Of a stretch of DNA of 64,000 nt, positions 60,234 through 64,000 are shown one piece after another. The DNA is taken from assembly GCA_963702435.1 (NCBI GenBank), contig CAVPCR010000005.1, positions 96,001 to 160,000 of the forward strand, in the 5' to 3' direction. The notes beneath the pieces were generated by a model, which saw nothing but the letters and a program-made list of their open reading frames with translations, had not been told where the DNA came from and searched no databases. The stretch's first letter is position 1. Every line of letters starts with the position of its first letter. Both the position numbers and the translations under genes were made by a program. The DNA comes from Candidatus Eiseniibacteriota bacterium. Lineage in GTDB: Bacteria; Eisenbacteria; RBG-16-71-46; CAVPCR01.

Positions 60234-63200
60234 TCACTCGAGCACGACGAGCTTCCGCGCCGCCGCGTAGCCCGGCGCGCGGAGTTCGTAGAGATACACC
60301 CCGCGTCCGACCGCGCGCCCGGCGTCGTTCCGCCCGTCCCACACCACCGCGCGCCCGCCGGCGATCGCCTCCTGCTCCTCGTCCACCAGTGTCCGCACCA
60401 CGCGCCCACTCACGTCGCAGATGCGGAGCGTGACCCGCCCGCGCGTCGCGATCGAGTAGCGGATCTCGGTCCCCCGCCGCGCCGCCGGGTTCGGCGCCGC
60501 CGGGGCGAGCGCGTTCACGAACCGCGGGGTTCCCGCCGGCGCAACCCCCACCGGCGCCGCGTTCACCGGCTGTCCCGCCCACTGGAAGAGATCGATCACC
60601 AGCTCCGCGTTCGCGCCGCTCACGACGTAGTCGTCGAACAGGCACTGCTCGATGCAGTTCAGGGGCAGGAGCTCGGCGTAGGCGAAGCTCATCGTCACCG
60701 ACTTCTCGCACGAGTGATTCGGGTTCGTCCGCCGCACGACCGCCTGCCAGGCGGGGCGTGGCACGTCGTCCGCGCAGTTCACGGGGTCGTCGCCGTCCTC
60801 GAGCGACTCGACGAAGTAGGCCACCGCCTCGCCGCCGCCCGTCGACGCGAGTACGCTGATCGGGATGTCGTCGGGACAGCCCGAGCCGAACGCCTCGCCC
60901 TCGAAGTCGGGCACGAGCGCGGTCCCGGCGAGCCGCGCGCAGCGCCGGAGGTCGTTCGCAGCGAGTTGCTGAGCGTAGTCGCGCGCGAGCACGCCGATGC
61001 CGCGATTGCCGAGGAACTGCGGGCCGTTCACCGTGTTGGACTGGATGTCCGCGGCCCACCCCGTGCCCTCGAGGAGGAGGAGACGCGGGCTCCCCTCGCT
61101 GCACCCCGCAAGCCACGTCTCGAGCTTCTGCTGGTCCATGGACGCCTGGCCGCCGAAGCTCGGGAGCGTGTTCCGGTCGCTCAGTGTCCCGAACTGGCTC
61201 AAGCCCGACGCGTACCAGATGCAGTCGTACCCGGCGAGCATGAGATCGGTGGCCCCGTTGTACGGCGGCCGCGGCTGCTGTGATGGCCGGTCCTCGCGGC
61301 GTCCGATCGTGTCGTAGCACTGGTTGTAGTTGGTGCTGACCGCATCGTAGACGTCAAACTCGAGTCCGAGCGAGGCGAGCGTCGCGGTGAGGCGGGAGCG
61401 CTGCGTCGTCGCTCGGCCCGGCACGCCGCCGGTCGCGTAGTCGTTGACGATCAGCATGCTGTTGGCGTAGGTGCCGTCGCAGGCCGGCGCCAGCTCGGGC
61501 AGGTTGTTGATCTGGAGCCAGTAGTCCTTGTGGTTGGCCGTCGTCCGCACGATGCCGCGGTTCCTCGCGAGGGGGAACGTGGCGACGACGCTGCCGGCGC
61601 CGGCCCCCGCGGCGACCCGCGCCTCGAAGAAGTAGTAGACGTTCGTCCCCGCGGTGAAGAGGCCGTCCGGCAGGATGTCGTCGCACGGCTCGACCGCCGG
61701 CGGCGCGCCCGTCCAGAACGTCCCGTTCCGCGGATCGTCCTCGTGGAAGCAGGTCATCCAGTACCCGTTCACGGTCTGCGAGTTGCTCATCGCTTGCGCC
61801 GTGTCCATCCGCGCCGCGTGCCAGTTGAGGTCGTTCGGAAAGGTGCCGGGAGCGGTGGGCGGGAAGGCCACGAAGAACGGATGGGTCAGGTTCGGCTGGC
61901 ATGCGCCGCGCTCGACCGCCCACTTGAGGTACACCGCGGTGTTCGGAGCGGCAATGGCAGTGGCCGCCGAGTCGGCACGCACCCAGCGCATCGGGATCTC
62001 GATGCCGAGCGACATGGAGAGGCTGAAGGCGGCGTCGGTGCGGGTGGTCGCGGCGAGCGGGAAGCCCGTGTTCGAGGTCGGGAAGTTGTCGGCAAAGCGA
62101 TCGAGGGTGTTCGACCGCAGGGCGGGGCCGCTCGGGTCGTACACGCCGAAGCGCACGTTGTCGATGAAGGGGCCGGTGGCGTCGCTCGTGAGGCACGATG
62201 CGCCGTCACACTCGGCGACCATGCCCAGGGTGAGGATCACCGAGTCGGCGCTGGCCGGGATGAACGCCGACCAGTCGAAGGTCATGTTCCACATGCAGTG
62301 GATACCCGCCCCGAGTCCGATGATGTGACAAGCGCCGTCACCGCCCTGCTGCGACCAGTTGAAGACCGAGCCCCCGCCGGGCGATCCGGCCGGCGGCGCG
62401 TACGGGCAGTGATTCTCGTCGAAGGGCCAGTAGAGGAAGCAGAAGTAGAGAGCCGTATCGAAGAGCCCGCTCCCGCCGTCCGCGTACGCATCGGCCTCGA
62501 GGATCCGCCCCGCGTCGCCATCGAGGTCGGGATGGGCGCTGCCGCCGATCGCGAAGGCCGGGGAGAAAGCCGCTGTCGTCGCCTCGTGGGCCGCGCACTC
62601 GTCCTGGTCCACGAAGAGGAGAATCCGATCCTCGATGGCGCAGTTCTCGGGGCAAGCGACCAGTGGCGGGCCAGGCGGGCAGGCGATGGCGGAGAGCGGC
62701 GCGATGCGCCCCGCGGGCCGCTGCGGATCCCCGGTCAGGACGACATCCTTCCCCTCGCAGCGCCGCGGCTCCCAGCCGTCCATGCCCGCTTCGAAGGTGG
62801 CCAGATCGATCGGCGCCCCGTTCATGCGGAGCGCCAGGTCGTCCACCTGCCAGGCGTAGAGATACGTGCCGCCCGCGCTCTCATCGGAGAGCAGGGCATC
62901 GGTGGCGAGCCGGAGGCGGACCCAGAGATCCCCCTCGCCGCCGGGCCAGCGACCGAGGCTCGCCGAGGCCGGTCCGCCGAACGGCCCCGGTTCGGGCGCG
63001 GCGCGCGTCCCGCCGGTCCAGATCCCGTTCCCGTTGGCCGCCGTCCCGACCTGCTCCCACCACACGCCGTCCGCCGAGATCTCGACCCAGCACGTGTCGA
63101 AGTTCTGCTCGACCGCGTAGCGATGGAAGAAGGCGAGATCGAGCGTGGCATCGGAAGGCGGCGGCGGGAACTCCCCGGGCCCGGGCGCGTTCCGGAAGCG

Positions 63201-63785
63201 GAACTGCTTCGCGATCGCCTGCGACCAGTAGTCACCATACCCCGCCGTCCCCGGCCACGCGCAATGCTCCGGATTCAAGTGGAGGTTCGTCCCGATCCAC
63301 ACCGACCAGCCGCCGGCGAGCGGATCCGGGCCGTCGTCCACGCCGTTGTTGGCGTGGGTCGTCGCCCGGTGCGCGAAGGCGCCGCCATCGAAGTCGAAAT
63401 CGTACGTGCCGTCGGTCCGCCAGTGCCCCGGGCCGAGGGCGGAGGGCCCATCGCCGGCCGTCGTCAGGTCATCGAAGGTCCAGCCGTCGCGGTACTGGTT
63501 CCCGACCGGATCCCCATCGAGGAAGTACTCCGGGGTCTCGCCGGAATCGGCCTCCCAGTTCCAGAGGCCGCCGCGGGCGACCGTGCCGTTCCCGAGCCCG
63601 CTCCCGCCGAACCACACCGTGTCGGCGTGGGCGTCGAGCCAGCCTGGGTCGCGCGCAAGCACCGCCTCGCGATCGATGCCGGCGTCATACGGTTCGAGCA
63701 CGGGGCGCGCCGCGCCGGCCGGCGCGGTGGAGACGAGAAGCGAAAGGACGGCCAGAAGGCCGGCGCAGCGGATTCCCGCGGTCAT
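60234..63785 (-). CDS. Large Cys-rich secreted protein with FlgD-Ig/CTD, paralog 2
   Basis: Colinear with and highly similar to 56681-60199; GGAGG RBS; signal peptide. Confidence 0.85.
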   Translation of the reverse strand: MTAGIRCAGLLAVLSLLVSTAPAGAARPVLEPYDAGIDREAVLARDPGWLDAHADTVWFGGSGLGNGTVARGGLWNWEADSGETPEYFLDGDPVGNQYRDGWTFDDLTTAGDGPSALGPGHWRTDGTYDFDFDGGAFAHRATTHANNGVDDGPDPLAGGWSVWIGTNLHLNPEHCAWPGTAGYGDYWSQAIAKQFRFRNAPGPGEFPPPPSDATLDLAFFHRYAVEQNFDTCWVEISADGVWWEQVGTAANGNGIWTGGTRAAPEPGPFGGPASASLGRWPGGEGDLWVRLRLATDALLSDESAGGTYLYAWQVDDLALRMNGAPIDLATFEAGMDGWEPRRCEGKDVVLTGDPQRPAGRIAPLSAIACPPGPPLVACPENCAIEDRILLFVDQDECAAHEATTAAFSPAFAIGGSAHPDLDGDAGRILEADAYADGGSGLFDTALYFCFLYWPFDENHCPYAPPAGSPGGGSVFNWSQQGGDGACHIIGLGAGIHCMWNMTFDWSAFIPASADSVILTLGMVAECDGASCLTSDATGPFIDNVRFGVYDPSGPALRSNTLDRFADNFPTSNTGFPLAATTRTDAAFSLSMSLGIEIPMRWVRADSAATAIAAPNTAVYLKWAVERGACQPNLTHPFFVAFPPTAPGTFPNDLNWHAARMDTAQAMSNSQTVNGYWMTCFHEDDPRNGTFWTGAPPAVEPCDDILPDGLFTAGTNVYYFFEARVAAGAGAGSVVATFPLARNRGIVRTTANHKDYWLQINNLPELAPACDGTYANSMLIVNDYATGGVPGRATTQRSRLTATLASLGLEFDVYDAVSTNYNQCYDTIGRREDRPSQQPRPPYNGATDLMLAGYDCIWYASGLSQFGTLSDRNTLPSFGGQASMDQQKLETWLAGCSEGSPRLLLLEGTGWAADIQSNTVNGPQFLGNRGIGVLARDYAQQLAANDLRRCARLAGTALVPDFEGEAFGSGCPDDIPISVLASTGGGEAVAYFVESLEDGDDPVNCADDVPRPAWQAVVRRTNPNHSCEKSVTMSFAYAELLPLNCIEQCLFDDYVVSGANAELVIDLFQWAGQPVNAAPVGVAPAGTPRFVNALAPAAPNPAARRGTEIRYSIATRGRVTLRICDVSGRVVRTLVDEEQEAIAGGRAVVWDGRNDAGRAVGRGVYLYELRAPGYAAARKLVVLE

Positions 63786-64000
63786 GGCAACCCTCCACCT
63801 GTGGCCGGGACGGTCTCTTCCGTCGGCATAAATACTGCAAGCATTGTGCCGAGTCGGGGCTGTTTCTTCCAACGCTCGCATCGGCGATGACTTGCGTTTC
63901 CTGGTGACCGACGCAGCTTCCTGCGCCGGGCACGCTGTGTCATGGACATGACACTCCCCGGGGACCGGTATCTACAATGGCCATGTGAGATCTCATCGCA

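Overview
GC-rich bacterial window, almost entirely coding. The many proteins with FlgD/T9SS-type C-terminal domains, a PorV-like gene and 'TWGxxK' C-termini suggest an FCB-group candidate lineage such as Eisenbacteria, Krumholzibacteriota or Latescibacterota (inference). Four blocks. (1) 1-18.6 kb: two divergent operons, each with a sigma-54-type promoter. The left arm encodes redox/outer-membrane proteins: a CxxxxCH lipoprotein, an OM beta-barrel, an HzsA-like diheme beta-propeller lipoprotein, TlpA, DUF4266, DUF3570 with a flavinylation-like motif, and an NHL/FlgD protein. The right arm encodes an Agl/Glt-like motor: a giant TPR protein, a TPR lipoprotein, a GltF-like protein, ExbB, two ExbD and an AgmX/PglI TonB-like protein. 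A convergent apbE closes the block. (2) 23-31.5 kb: hdrA1-qmoC-like-hdrA2-mvhDGA-protease, with reciprocally degenerate HdrA paralogs and no hdrB. (3) 33-50.5 kb: a LacI-controlled, SusD-less glucan utilisation locus (CBM9-like protein, TBDR, large CTD protein, PorV-like protein, GH144-like enzyme, GH94, GH1). Two of its glycosidase genes carry +1 frameshifts. (4) 50.5-64 kb: dodecin, pirin, a YCF48 protein, a tandem duplication of a secreted tetraheme cytochrome plus ATL gene, and two tandem ~1180-aa Cys-rich secreted paralogs. No rRNA, tRNA, CRISPR array or IS element was seen. All family calls come from motif recognition, not database searches.
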